Shown: positions 1 to 8,811, numbered from the stretch's first letter. The stretch: 64,000 nt of DNA from Berkelbacteria bacterium GW2011_GWE1_39_12 (GCA_001029735.1 CP011213.1:396613-460612); one strand, 5' to 3'. Program-made: numbers and translations. Notes: a model not told the origin generated them from the sequence alone.

Positions 1-97
1 ACTGTCTATCATAGTTCTTCTCTAAACTTTCGATTTTTTTGAGTAAATCAGCGTCAGTCGAAAGCAATTTTCTTAACTTGATAAAAGTTCTGAATTG

Positions 98-442
98 TTA
101 GCTGATTTGGATATTAACAGCAATGGCGCGATCGGAATTTAAAACACTCGATAGCATCGCGATGCCGTGTTCTGTAAAAACATATGGTAAAGTTCGGCGT
201 CCACCTCTCCCTTTTGGACTGCTTGAGGTCGCAATTTGCGACTTCAAAACTATATCTTCTTCATTTGTTAATTTGAAAGCAAAATCTTCGGGAAATCTCT
301 TCTTATTCCTTTTAATTTGTTCATTTAATCTCTTCGTCGTCACTCCATAAAGCTTCGCCAAATCAGAATCGAGCATCACCTTTTGGTCGCGAATTAAGAA
401 AATCTTTTGTTCAATTAATTCTGCTAAAACGAGTTCTTTCAT
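98..442 (-). CDS. ORF6N-domain protein (phage/plasmid antirepressor-like DNA-binding domain)
   Basis: The 114-aa ORF contains the motif DLAKLYGVTTKRLNEQIKRNKKRFPEDFAFKLT, which is characteristic of the ORF6N domain. It lies immediately downstream of a tRNA gene. Confidence 0.55.
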   Translation of the reverse strand: MKELVLAELIEQKIFLIRDQKVMLDSDLAKLYGVTTKRLNEQIKRNKKRFPEDFAFKLTNEEDIVLKSQIATSSSPKGRGGRRTLPYVFTEHGIAMLSSVLNSDRAIAVNIQIS

Positions 443-490
443 AAGATTTATTTTTTATTAAAATTGAAGCCCACAGGATAATTGTCACAA

Positions 491-583
491 TGCGGAAGGG
501 GTGGGATTTGAACCCACGAGACCCTTGCGAGCCTACCGCTTTTCGAAAGCGGCGCAATCAACCGGGCTATGCGACCCTTCCGC
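491..583 (-). tRNA. tRNA-Ser (anticodon CGA), class II with long variable arm
   Basis: Minus-strand sequence GCGGAAGGGTCGCATAGCCCGGTTGATTGCGCCGCTTTCGAAAAGCGGTAGGCTCGCAAGGGTCTCGTGGGTTCAAATCCCACCCCTTCCGCA. It has a perfect 7-bp acceptor stem, anticodon loop TTCGAAA, a long variable arm and the T-loop GGTTCAAATCC. CCA is not encoded. Confidence 0.8.
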
Positions 584-597
584 ATTACAACAATTAT

Positions 598-816
598 TTA
601 ATCATTAAATAAATATTTAATTCTTTCTTTGCCTTTCCCTGATTTGAGAAACAATTCTTCTCGCAAAGCGTCTGTTTTATTAGTAAATGCCTCGTAATAA
701 ATGATATTCCAAGGACATCCGGATTTAGTCGAGGTTACTTTGCCTTGGTTATGCTCAGTGAACCTTTTTTTTGATATTTTCTGTACTACCCTTATAAAAC
801 TTGCCAGTCTTTTCAC
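598..816 (-). CDS. GIY-YIG nuclease family small protein (UPF0213-like), N-terminus degenerate or truncated
   Basis: The C-terminal two thirds (EHNQGK..SKSG.PWNIIYYEAF.NKTDALREE.FLKSGKG) match small GIY-YIG proteins. The N-terminal GIY/YIG strands are not recognisable. Confidence 0.45.
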   Translation of the reverse strand: MKRLASFIRVVQKISKKRFTEHNQGKVTSTKSGCPWNIIYYEAFTNKTDALREELFLKSGKGKERIKYLFND

Positions 817-844
817 TTTTTAATATATATACATAAAACATATC

Positions 845-960
845 TTAATTTCGCCAGCCCAAGGCTGGTCGTCCTCGGGACGAAAACCGGCGCAATTGGG
901 CCCGAGGCCCACCGGCCCTGGGCCGGCAACCGGGCTATGCGACCTCTCCGTAGCGAAGCG
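845..960 (-). repeat. GC-rich structured element copy 1: tRNA-Ser-like 5' segment followed by four GC triloop hairpins
   Basis: Minus-strand sequence GGAGAGGTCGCATAGCCCGGTTG, then the hairpins CCGGCCcagGGCCGG, GGGCCtcgGGCCC, CGTCCcgaGGACG and CCAGCCttgGGCTGG. GC is roughly 70% in an AT-rich context. It is homologous to positions 25081..25212 in the opposite orientation. Confidence 0.5.
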
Positions 961-1074
961 TAGGAGATGGCGCACAACGTTCTGCGTCAGCAGGTTGTTA
1001 TGCGACCTCTCCAAGGCCTGTTTGTCAAAACTATAAGACAGTTATTGGTCACATATGTAATATGCGACCTCTCC
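937..1074. repeat. Three direct copies of the 14-bp tRNA 5'-end fragment TATGCGACCTCTCC at an exact 62-bp period, separated by unique spacers
   Basis: Copies lie at 937-949, 999-1012 and 1061-1074. The reverse complement GGAGAGGTCGCATA corresponds to a tRNA acceptor 5' strand plus D-stem start. Confidence 0.6.
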
Positions 1075-1109
1075 ATCCTTCTCTTCTTTTAAGACGAGCA
1101 TAACGAAGT

Positions 1110-1565
1110 CTACTCTTTTGGCTTGATCTTAATAAATCTCATTGGCTCTTCACCTTCAGAGACAACCTCAACGCCTTCAAAATCAGTTAAGACAGTATGA
1201 ACAATTCTTCTCTCATAAGCATTCATCGGACGAAGATCTTGAGCGTATTTCGAGTTACGAACGTTTTCGGCGGTGGCCAAAGCTAATTCTTCCAATTCTT
1301 TTTCTTTATTCGCCTTGTAACCTGCTACATCAATTACAGCCGATACTCTCTCATCCATGGCTTTGTTTAACATCATTCTTATAACATATTGTAGCGATTC
1401 TAAAGTTTGACCAAATTTTCCAATCAACATGCCCGAGTCTTCGGACACAATATTGATGCGGATATTGTCTTTAACCTCAACCTCAACTTTTGCATTAGGA
1501 TCAATGAATTTTATAACTGACAAAACTAGTTCCTGCAGTTCTTTTTCAGACAATTTTTTTGGCAT
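1110..1565 (-). CDS. jag: Jag/KhpB-like RNA-binding protein (KH + R3H domains)
   Basis: Position immediately downstream of yidC. The C-terminal region has an R3H-like motif (YERRIVHTVL). Confidence 0.7.
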   Translation of the reverse strand: MPKKLSEKELQELVLSVIKFIDPNAKVEVEVKDNIRINIVSEDSGMLIGKFGQTLESLQYVIRMMLNKAMDERVSAVIDVAGYKANKEKELEELALATAENVRNSKYAQDLRPMNAYERRIVHTVLTDFEGVEVVSEGEEPMRFIKIKPKE

Positions 1566-2385
1566 TTTTTCTCCTCACTGTTACCTCTACCCCATGTTTT
1601 TTTGTGGTTTTAGGTTTATCAATTTCACTTTCAATTCTTTTTACATCGGATTCAATTTGCTTATTAACTTTTACTTTGTCCGATTTTTCTCTAAAGACAT
1701 ACCATTGTTGGCCAATAGTAAACAAGTTTGTAATTATCCAGTACAAAGGCAAAGCAGCTGGAAGTCTACCAGCAATAAAGACAGTGAAGATCGGCATTAA
1801 ATACATCATCTGCTTGCTCATCATGGCCTGCATATCAGGGCCTTTTTTCGGATCAGCAGCCTTGGTAATGCTTGGCATTAACTGTTTACTTTGAATAAAC
1901 TGCAAAATACCGGCAATGACCGGCAAAATATATTTATCTGGCTGGGCTAAATCTATGCCTAAAAAGACAGTCTTAATAAATTCAGGTCTTGGTGTAAAAT
2001 TATAAAGCATATCAAAGCGGTTTACGCTTAAACCGTCTTGAAAAACATAATAGAGCACAATTAATATCGGTAATTGAACCAATAAAGGAAGACATGAACC
2101 CAACGGATTGACTTTATTCTCCTTATAAAAAGCCATCTGAGCTTGAGCCAATTTTTCTTTCTGGCCCTTATATTTTTCGGCTAAAGCAGTTAACTCGGGC
2201 TGCAGATCTCTCATTTTCTTTTGTTGCCTGGCAGCGGAGAGCGAAGAAGGCAATAAAATTAATCGAATAATAACTGTTAGACCGATAATTGCCCAACCAA
2301 CATTATGATTCGGCACTAACCAAACCAAAAATATTAAAGCGTTAAAAAGTGGTTGGCGCAAAATTACATTAATAAGTTGTTTCAT
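1546..2385 (-). CDS. yidC: membrane protein insertase YidC (short form)
   Basis: A 279-aa multi-TM protein in the conserved rnpA-yidD-yidC-jag order. It has hydrophobic core motifs typical of YidC/Oxa1. Confidence 0.85.
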   Translation of the reverse strand: MKQLINVILRQPLFNALIFLVWLVPNHNVGWAIIGLTVIIRLILLPSSLSAARQQKKMRDLQPELTALAEKYKGQKEKLAQAQMAFYKENKVNPLGSCLPLLVQLPILIVLYYVFQDGLSVNRFDMLYNFTPRPEFIKTVFLGIDLAQPDKYILPVIAGILQFIQSKQLMPSITKAADPKKGPDMQAMMSKQMMYLMPIFTVFIAGRLPAALPLYWIITNLFTIGQQWYVFREKSDKVKVNKQIESDVKRIESEIDKPKTTKKHGVEVTVRRKNAKKIV

Positions 2386-2451
2386 ATATACTTTCTACTT
2401 TAATTTTGTCAGAAATCAAGCTCTGCTTATGAACTTTTGACTTTAAGCTTT

Positions 2452-2685
2452 TTACTTAACCGGGTCTTCCCCGCCTTCAGACCAAGGTGTGCAGCGCATA
2501 ATGCGGCGAAACCCAAGATAACTGCCTTTTACGACACCGTATTTTTCTACCGCGTCGTAAGTGTATTGACTACAGGTCGGGTGAAAGCGGCAAAAACCTC
2601 CAGGGTAAAAAGCTTTCATCGGGCCATGGTCAAACGATAGGGTTTTTTGGTAACCTTTGATAAGTTTCAAGGCGATCCACTTCAA
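2452..2685 (-). CDS. yidD: membrane protein insertion efficiency factor YidD
   Basis: A 77-aa protein with HPTCSQY and GFRRI..C.PW motifs of the YidD/haemolytic domain, between rnpA and yidC. Confidence 0.8.
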   Translation of the reverse strand: MKWIALKLIKGYQKTLSFDHGPMKAFYPGGFCRFHPTCSQYTYDAVEKYGVVKGSYLGFRRIMRCTPWSEGGEDPVK

Positions 2686-2717
2686 TTTCTTTGCCTCACT
2701 AGTTTAGCATAACAAAT

Positions 2718-3038
2718 TTATTTAACGTTTTGAAAAATTTTCTTGACGGTCGAATCAATCATCGCTTCATCCGGTAATTTTTTAAAACTAAAAATAAAAT
2801 CGTAATTGGTTTTTAAAAGCATCAAATTTTCAGTAATTGCTTCCGTAGTTTTTCTTTTTAAACGAGATCTGTTAACGGATTTTGCCACCACAGCTTTAGG
2901 AATAATCACCGCAAAGCGGCTATGTTTGGCAGTGTTCGGTAAAGTTCTTACCAATAAAAAATCCTCAAAAAAACGATTGGATTTTTTGTAAACTCGATCA
3001 ATTTCTCTCTTTTTTAACCGAAAAGATCTCGCAAGCAT
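2718..3038 (-). CDS. rnpA: ribonuclease P protein component
   Basis: A 106-aa basic protein downstream of rpmH with the RnpA-like motif (RLKKRE...FAVIIPKAV.KSV.RSRLKR). Confidence 0.8.
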   Translation of the reverse strand: MLARSFRLKKREIDRVYKKSNRFFEDFLLVRTLPNTAKHSRFAVIIPKAVVAKSVNRSRLKRKTTEAITENLMLLKTNYDFIFSFKKLPDEAMIDSTVKKIFQNVK

Positions 3039-3062
3039 TTAGTACCTACAAAATCACCTGTT

Positions 3063-3203
3063 TTAAGGTGTTAGTCTTTTTCTGCCTTTGGCGCGTCGTC
3101 TTTTTAAAACATTACGGCCGGCAGTAGTCGTCATTTTTAATAAAAATCCGTGGACTTTCCCTCTTGATGCTTTTTTTGGTTGATATGTTCTCTTAGCAGC
3201 CAT
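3063..3203 (-). CDS. rpmH: 50S ribosomal protein L34
   Basis: My own translation of the minus strand gives [46 protein letters not shown] (46 aa). This ORF is absent from the supplied ORF track, which has a length cutoff. Confidence 0.9.
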   Translation of the reverse strand: MAAKRTYQPKKASRGKVHGFLLKMTTTAGRNVLKRRRAKGRKRLTP

Positions 3204-3285
3204 CTTACTCCTAATATTTATTCAGTAACTAAAAATAGTATACCTTTAAATTGCCTAAAAGTAAAGACTCGAGTCAATTCCCTTC

Positions 3286-4083
3286 TTACAAAACCTTTTC
3301 CGCTCCAAGCCACATTAGTTCAAAAGCCATTTTTTGCATTTGAGCGATATTAACATCTTCAATCAACAAGCCAAACAAACCGCTTTTATAGGTTGTGATA
3401 ATAACCTTATTGCCATAAATATGAACATCGGCCGAAAAATTATAATCGTCTTTAGGAACTAATCTTATTTCTCTAAGTTCTGTTTTGGCTTTGTCATGCC
3501 ACTCTTCTGATTCACGAGAAACTAAGGCAATTATTCGGGTTTTAATTCCTGCATCGATTCTTCTTTTAATATAATCGTCAACCCATTCTTTATCTAAATA
3601 CTGATACAGATTGATGATTGAGGTGTAATTTAAAATGTCCTTGCCTTCACGAATCGTGTCTTCATACATCTGTTTGATTTCTTCCGGACCTTGATAGAAA
3701 TAAACCTTCGGTCGTTCTTCCTGTGAATTAAATAAACTCATAAGCTGCGGCAAAGCTTCGGCAAAACGCTTTTCGCGTTCTTTTATCAAAGTAACTACGG
3801 TTTTTGGACTCTCCGCTAAATAAAAATACTTTTTACCCACTTTTGCTCTTTTTATTAATCCCTTGTTTTCTAAAGCGGGAATAATTTCATAAACAGTAGA
3901 GCGCTTCACTTTTGAATGTTTGGCGATTTCTAAAATTGTAGTTTTACCTAACTCTAAAGCCGCCAAATAAACATCGGCTTCTTTGTCATCTAGACCAGCT
4001 TCAATTAATAAATTGTTTAATTTTGTGCTTTGCATAAGATTTCCTGTTTTGTCGATTTTGTCGACATTATTTATATCTATCAT
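3286..4083 (-). CDS. TrmB-like winged-helix transcriptional regulator (paralog 1 of 4)
   Basis: N-terminal wHTH motif LIEAGLDDKEADVYLAALELGKTTILEIAKHSKVKRSTVYEIIPALENKGL. It is paralogous to the ORFs at 5382, 12742 and 56154. Confidence 0.55.
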   Translation of the reverse strand: MIDINNVDKIDKTGNLMQSTKLNNLLIEAGLDDKEADVYLAALELGKTTILEIAKHSKVKRSTVYEIIPALENKGLIKRAKVGKKYFYLAESPKTVVTLIKEREKRFAEALPQLMSLFNSQEERPKVYFYQGPEEIKQMYEDTIREGKDILNYTSIINLYQYLDKEWVDDYIKRRIDAGIKTRIIALVSRESEEWHDKAKTELREIRLVPKDDYNFSADVHIYGNKVIITTYKSGLFGLLIEDVNIAQMQKMAFELMWLGAEKVL

Positions 4084-4126
4084 ATATTATTATCTTTAAT
4101 TTGTCAACATATTAGTGTCGAAATAC

Positions 4127-4160
4127 TTGACAAAATCTTAATTATGTGCTACAATATGTT
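4127..4160 (+). promoter_or_regulatory. sigma70-like promoter (TTGACA-17-TACAAT) for the 4291 gene
   Basis: ttgacaaaatcttaattatgtgctacaat, followed by a leader of about 130 nt that contains GAACCTTAA motifs. Confidence 0.45.
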
Positions 4161-4290
4161 GTTACAAGATAAGGAAAGCAGACATGAACCTTAACAACTT
4201 GGTTTCAACCTCCTGAAGAACTCCATAAGGAGAGCTTTAGGAGAGTTGAACCTTAAAACGCCATTTTAGCCAGAAAAAGGAGAAAAAACA

Positions 4291-4698
4291 ATGAAAATCA
4301 TGAATCGCTTCACTTCTGCAGTAAATGTAGACTACACTCTTTCAGTTAAGGAAATGGGTAATCGGGTTGGTCTTCTTCTGGACACCATATTCGACAAAGA
4401 CGTTGACCTTGATGAGGTCGTGGTATCTGGCGATGAAAATGTCGAGATTGTCCTGATTGAAAATGAGATCGGGATGTCAACCTTTGAAATTCTGGATGAC
4501 ATTGATTCCTTGGGATATAGGGCCGCAAACATCATGGAAATGATGGCCTATGTTCTTAAAACTGATGAAGAATTCGTCGTTGCCTTGGGCACAGAGATTA
4601 ACGGTAAGTTCGGTATTTACTGGGATGATCACGCAACATTGGGTAACGCCGGTTTAAGTGGTTGGAAACGCTTTTACTTCGCAGCTGTTAAGAAATAG
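4291..4698 (+). CDS. hypothetical small acidic protein (divergent from TrmB-like paralog 1)
   Basis: A 135-aa ORF with RBS aaaaaggagaaaaaacaATG, a strong upstream promoter and a downstream terminator. Confidence 0.5.
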   Translation: MKIMNRFTSAVNVDYTLSVKEMGNRVGLLLDTIFDKDVDLDEVVVSGDENVEIVLIENEIGMSTFEILDDIDSLGYRAANIMEMMAYVLKTDEEFVVALGTEINGKFGIYWDDHATLGNAGLSGWKRFYFAAVKK

Positions 4699-4708
4699 CA
4701 GTAACATT

Positions 4709-4740
4709 ACCCCGTTCGAAAGAACGGGGTTTTTATTTTG
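4709..4740 (+). terminator. rho-independent terminator
   Basis: Hairpin ccccgttcGAAAgaacgggg followed by TTTTTATTTTG. Confidence 0.65.
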
Positions 4741-4804
4741 CTTTCATTCAAAGGTCAAATAAAAAAGGACCTGCATTTAACAAGTCCCGAAAATGTCTCG
4801 CAAA

Positions 4805-5242
4805 TCACTTAAGGCTAGTCCTCAATCGATCAAGCCGCTGCTGTTCTTTGTCTCTGGCACTATTATAGTCTTGGCACATCGACTCATACTCTTTGGCTTT
4901 ACGTTCCCATTGGTAAAAAGTCTTTTTGCTGACCAGTACCAGAACACCATTGTAACGGGTGCCGTCGATGTGACAAACAGCATCACGACCCTCAAGAGCA
5001 GTCACCACTAGTTTGCCTTCGCTAACATTAACATCACTGTCATTCGGCGCTAAACCTTTGCCGGCTAGCACAGTCGGACAAATTGATGAGTAACTGTAAT
5101 CAGTGCAAACACTAGCGATGTTAAAGTTGTTACCTGGCCTGATTAAACAGCCTTCATCTACAAGCCCTACTGTGATGGTACAGAGAAGAACAATAAAGAT
5201 AAGTAATTCTGGGATAGTGATATTGTTCCAAAACTGTCTCAT
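4805..5242 (-). CDS. putative pilin-like protein (prepilin-type N-terminal hydrophobic segment)
   Basis: N-terminus MRQFWNNITIPELLIFIVLLCTITVG resembles a class III signal peptide (ITIPE with Glu at +5). There is no canonical Gly before the cleavage site. Confidence 0.3.
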   Translation of the reverse strand: MRQFWNNITIPELLIFIVLLCTITVGLVDEGCLIRPGNNFNIASVCTDYSYSSICPTVLAGKGLAPNDSDVNVSEGKLVVTALEGRDAVCHIDGTRYNGVLVLVSKKTFYQWERKAKEYESMCQDYNSARDKEQQRLDRLRTSLK

Positions 5243-5381
5243 TTCGGTTCCCCCTTCTCCGATTTCTCAGATTTACAGCAAAATAATATCAGAAATGTGC
5301 CCATCTGTCAATTCAAGTCATGGCTATCAATAAACGATTAAATTATTTCTCGTTTCTTTTGCATAAATAAATCATATATAT

Positions 5382-6152
5382 TTATTTTTCGGGAATTTCC
5401 CAAAGTAAATTAAATCGAGATCTTTCTTCATCAGCTAAGGTTGAGTTCTCTATAACAGTCGCAAACGGCTCTTTTTCGCTATGCGCTATATAGGCAATTG
5501 ATTTACCAAAAATATTAACTTCGGTTTTTTGTTTGAATTTTTCTATCGGTAAGAATCTAGTTTCTCTTAACTCGGCATCGTCTCGCTCAACTATTTTTCT
5601 ATTATCCAAAGTATCTGGCAAAATAGCCCTTACTTTTATTTTCTTTTTAACCCTAGCTTTCAGATAATCTGCAATGAATTCCTGATAGGAAGTTTCCACT
5701 GCTACATTACCGTAAATTAAGATTTCTTCTTCTTTGCCCAAATCTAAGGTTAAATTATAAACCTCTACTACACCGGCTTTTCCCTCGTAAAGACGAACGT
5801 CTGGCTTAAACGATGATTTACTAGCCAATCCTTCTAGTTGATTTAGGGTTTTTGCGAGTTTTTCCTGTCGTCGATTAAATGCGGATAATAACTGCTTAGG
5901 TGACGAAACTGTATAAATGTGCCTTTTTCCGTCAAAAGTACTACTGGCATACCCTTTAAACATCAAATTATTCATTAGCACATAACAGGTTGGGCGCTTA
6001 ATGGCGCTTTTTATGGCAATATCCCAGATAGAGCTCGGCCCTAATTCAAGAGCAGCCAAATAAACCTGAGCCTCATTTTCATGAAGACCAACCCCCTCTA
6101 AACTTGATAAAATGTCGTCATTTGTTGTTGTCATAATTATTAACACTATCAT
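5382..6152 (-). CDS. TrmB-like winged-helix transcriptional regulator (paralog 2)
   Basis: N-terminal motif LSSLEGVGLHENEAQVYLAALELGPSSIWDIAIKSAIKRPTCYVLMNNLMFKG. The true start is probably the MTTTNDD methionine. Confidence 0.55.
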   Translation of the reverse strand: MIVLIIMTTTNDDILSSLEGVGLHENEAQVYLAALELGPSSIWDIAIKSAIKRPTCYVLMNNLMFKGYASSTFDGKRHIYTVSSPKQLLSAFNRRQEKLAKTLNQLEGLASKSSFKPDVRLYEGKAGVVEVYNLTLDLGKEEEILIYGNVAVETSYQEFIADYLKARVKKKIKVRAILPDTLDNRKIVERDDAELRETRFLPIEKFKQKTEVNIFGKSIAYIAHSEKEPFATVIENSTLADEERSRFNLLWEIPEK

Positions 6153-6353
6153 ATCATATTGACGATATTATGTCAATTTATACCATATATTTTCAATATA
6201 TCGCTATGATAATTAGAGTCATAACTATTGACAATTAGGCCAATTAGTGGTACAATAGCATGTTAGAAAGATGAGGAATCTGCTAACAGGTTAGAATCTG
6301 AACCTTAATAATCTAAAGGTGGCACCGATCCTTAACGTGGTGCGCGGAAAATA

Positions 6354-6776
6354 ATGAGTTTAATAAGCGAGTACGATGAGTTAGTTACAGGCAAAACGAT
6401 TTCTGTTGAATTAGAAAATAGCTCGTCAAGTGACAAAAAAACTATCAATGTCCATGTCGGAATTTACCGACCAAGCTGGCCGTACGGTGGCTTTTACAAG
6501 CAATACAGAAGATACCCCCATTGCACCGAGTATATCCTTTTTCGAATCTTCATTAAGATCGAAGATAACGTCTGGAGTGATGATTTATTTCCGACTGGCG
6601 GGGTCAAGCATGATCCTAAAAAAACTGCTGCCGAAAATTGGGTATCACAAGAAGAAGTATTAAATCAAGCAAGAGACAGGATGAATGAGATTGCGCAAAG
6701 TATACGTCAGGAGATTTCTCGTCTGTATATTGACGGCACCCCTCTTGTTAAATGGTTGCAAGAGAGACCTGAGTGA
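6354..6776 (+). CDS. hypothetical protein (first of two tandem genes with a repeated leader element)
   Basis: A 140-aa ORF. It is preceded by promoter ttgacaattaggccaattagtggtacaat and the leader element AGGTGGCACCGATCCTTAACGTGGTGCG. Confidence 0.4.
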   Translation: MSLISEYDELVTGKTISVELENSSSSDKKTINVHVGIYRPSWPYGGFYKQYRRYPHCTEYILFRIFIKIEDNVWSDDLFPTGGVKHDPKKTAAENWVSQEEVLNQARDRMNEIAQSIRQEISRLYIDGTPLVKWLQERPE

Positions 6777-6917
6777 AAGTTATAAGTGTATCGAATTATC
6801 GGGTTAGCCAATTCGGCTAGCCCCTCTTTCCCTGATCGGATTGCCGATTAGAAACGAGAGAATTGCACACCAAAATTTATAGGTGGCACCGATCCTTAAC
6901 GTGGTGCGTGGAGAAAG

Positions 6918-7199
6918 TTGCGAATACAAGAAAAACCGATCGGCACGTTCAAAGTAAAAAGATGTGCGTATATCGAGTATGGTGTGGAAATCCCTGGAGT
7001 GATACCAGGAACTGTAACAAGCGATGGTAATTTAGGAGTCACATTAGAAGGCTTTACTTTTTCTGAAAAATCCTCTGGTCACGATGATCCAAACGGTTAT
7101 TGGGTAGTATCTGGGTTTTCACCTGACAATACGAGTTGTGTGGCAAGTACTTTCGGCGACGAAAGGAAAATCCATCTATATGGATTAGAAAAAATATAG
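6918..7199 (+). CDS. hypothetical protein (second tandem gene, TTG start, same leader element)
   Basis: A 93-aa ORF. The same 28-nt element is repeated at 6883-6910 immediately upstream. A terminator follows. Confidence 0.35.
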   Translation: MRIQEKPIGTFKVKRCAYIEYGVEIPGVIPGTVTSDGNLGVTLEGFTFSEKSSGHDDPNGYWVVSGFSPDNTSCVASTFGDERKIHLYGLEKI

Positions 7200-7212
7200 T
7201 AGTTATTTTGCT

Positions 7213-7248
7213 CGGCTGGTTCTTAATTGAACCAGCCATTTTTTTATT
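7213..7248 (+). terminator. rho-independent terminator
   Basis: Hairpin gctggttcttaattgaaccagc followed by CATTTTTTTATT. Confidence 0.6.
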
Positions 7249-7253
7249 AAAAC

Positions 7254-7284
7254 AAGATTGCTTCGCTTACGCTCGCAATGACAA
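7254..7284 (+). repeat. palindromic element family A, half copy (AGATTGCTTCGCTTACGCTCGCAATGAC)
   Basis: It shares the right arm of the family-A element. Intergenic. Confidence 0.6.
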
Positions 7285-7290
7285 ACTCCT

Positions 7291-7375
7291 TTATCCCCAG
7301 TTTATTGACGCGCTGTGGATAACTAATTAATATAAGGTTAGAGTGGTTGTGGACAACTTCCCTGTGGACAACTCT
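7291..7375. promoter_or_regulatory. DnaA-box cluster upstream of dnaA
   Basis: TTATCCCCA at 7291, TGTGGATAA at 7314, TTGTGGACAA at 7347 and CTGTGGACAA at 7362. Confidence 0.6.
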
Positions 7376-7419
7376 AGACCTTTAGTAGATAGTGAGGACA
7401 GAAGTAGTTAAGGAGTGGT

Positions 7420-8811
7420 ATGAAAACCTTAGACGAGAAAGAAACTTGGCAAGCGGCGCTCGGCGAACTGGAAGTGGTTTTTTCCAAGGCTAATTATTCA
7501 ACTTGGTTTAAAGACACTTTCGTTTTAGAAATCGCTGAAGATGAGATTACGGTCGGCGTACCAAATGCCTTCACTAAAGAATGGTTGGAAAATAAATACC
7601 ACCCGCAGATTTTTGAAGTCTTAAAAAAGATTCACCCCAATTTGAAAAACGCGACTTATGCCGTCGCCACTAATTCCGCCCGGCAAGCGCCTAAAATCGA
7701 TAGTGCAGACAATTCAGATATTAATCTAAAACCGACACAAAGTTATACTCCGACTCAAATCCCTGTTGCCGACAAACCTCAACCCGCTTTCAATCTTAAT
7801 GCGCATTACTCTTTTGATAATTATGTCGTCGGTAATTCAAACCGTTTAGCCATGGCCACCGCTCAAGCGGTTGCCGCCAACCCGGGCACTGCCTATAATC
7901 CCCTGTTTATTTATGGCGGCGTCGGTTTGGGTAAAACCCATTTGGTTCAAGCCATCGGTAATGAAATTATTGCTAAAAGTCCTAAGAAGAAAATTGTTTA
8001 TGTTTCCTGTGAGAAGTTTACCAATGATTTTATTGCTTCGATATCGGATAAAAAAACGAATGAATTTAAGAAGATGTATCGCGATGCCGACGTTTTAATG
8101 GTTGATGATATCCAATTTATGGCTGGAAAAGAAGGGACTCAGGAAGAATTCTTCCATACTTTCAATGCGCTTCACCAAGCCAATCGGCAAATTGTTATAA
8201 CCAGCGATCGCGTGCCGAAAGCCATCCCGCAGCTCACTGACCGCCTTTCCTCGCGTTTTGGCATGGGAATGGTCGCAGATATCCAACCGCCTAATTTAGA
8301 GATGCGTCAGGCGATTTTAAGAAACAAATGTGCAGAAAAGCAGTGCAGTTTAACCGACGACGTAATCGATTATATCGCTCAAAATATTGAATCCAATATC
8401 CGTGAACTCGAAGGCGCGATTACCAGAATTCTTACTTATTCTCAGATGAACGATGTTTTACCTTCACTCGCCATAACCACTAAGGCCTTAGAAGATATTA
8501 TTTCCAATAAAAATAAAATTATTTCTGTGGAAAAGATGTTGCAGATGACAGCTGATTTTTTCAATATCACCACTGTCGATCTTATTTCCGCTAAAAGAAA
8601 TAAAGAATTAGTGAGACCCCGCCAGATTGTAATGTATTTAATGCGCCATGAAATGAGCCTTTCTTATCCTAAAATTGGCCAACATCTAAACAAGAAAGAC
8701 CATACGACAGTTATACACGGCGTGGAAAAAATCGAAAAAGAAATTGCACGCGATGTGGAATTGCATAAAGAGCTGACGGCATTAAAAGAAAAAATGCACG
8801 CATTCAATTAA
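7420..8811 (+). CDS. dnaA: chromosomal replication initiator protein DnaA
   Basis: A 463-aa protein with Walker A GGVGLGKTHL, an AAA+ domain and C-terminal DNA-binding domain IV. RBS aaggag upstream. Confidence 0.95.
   Translation: MKTLDEKETWQAALGELEVVFSKANYSTWFKDTFVLEIAEDEITVGVPNAFTKEWLENKYHPQIFEVLKKIHPNLKNATYAVATNSARQAPKIDSADNSDINLKPTQSYTPTQIPVADKPQPAFNLNAHYSFDNYVVGNSNRLAMATAQAVAANPGTAYNPLFIYGGVGLGKTHLVQAIGNEIIAKSPKKKIVYVSCEKFTNDFIASISDKKTNEFKKMYRDADVLMVDDIQFMAGKEGTQEEFFHTFNALHQANRQIVITSDRVPKAIPQLTDRLSSRFGMGMVADIQPPNLEMRQAILRNKCAEKQCSLTDDVIDYIAQNIESNIRELEGAITRILTYSQMNDVLPSLAITTKALEDIISNKNKIISVEKMLQMTADFFNITTVDLISAKRNKELVRPRQIVMYLMRHEMSLSYPKIGQHLNKKDHTTVIHGVEKIEKEIARDVELHKELTALKEKMHAFN

Noticed and set aside
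820-1014. 64-aa ORF on the minus strand over the GC-rich element
   Set aside because: Its composition is driven by GC-rich hairpin repeats and it has no RBS. It is a spurious ORF over structured, non-coding DNA.
937-1074. Possible mini CRISPR array (3 identical repeats, 62-bp period, unique spacers)
   Set aside because: The repeat unit is only 14 bp and equals a tRNA 5' end. Only three copies are present and there are no cas genes in the window. I interpret it as tRNA-fragment/att-type repeats instead.
3141-3166. GAGGGAAAGTCCACGG resembles the conserved RNase P RNA P4 region (GGAAAGTCC)
   Set aside because: It lies inside the rpmH (L34) coding sequence and simply encodes RGKVHG. There is no surrounding RNase P RNA structure.
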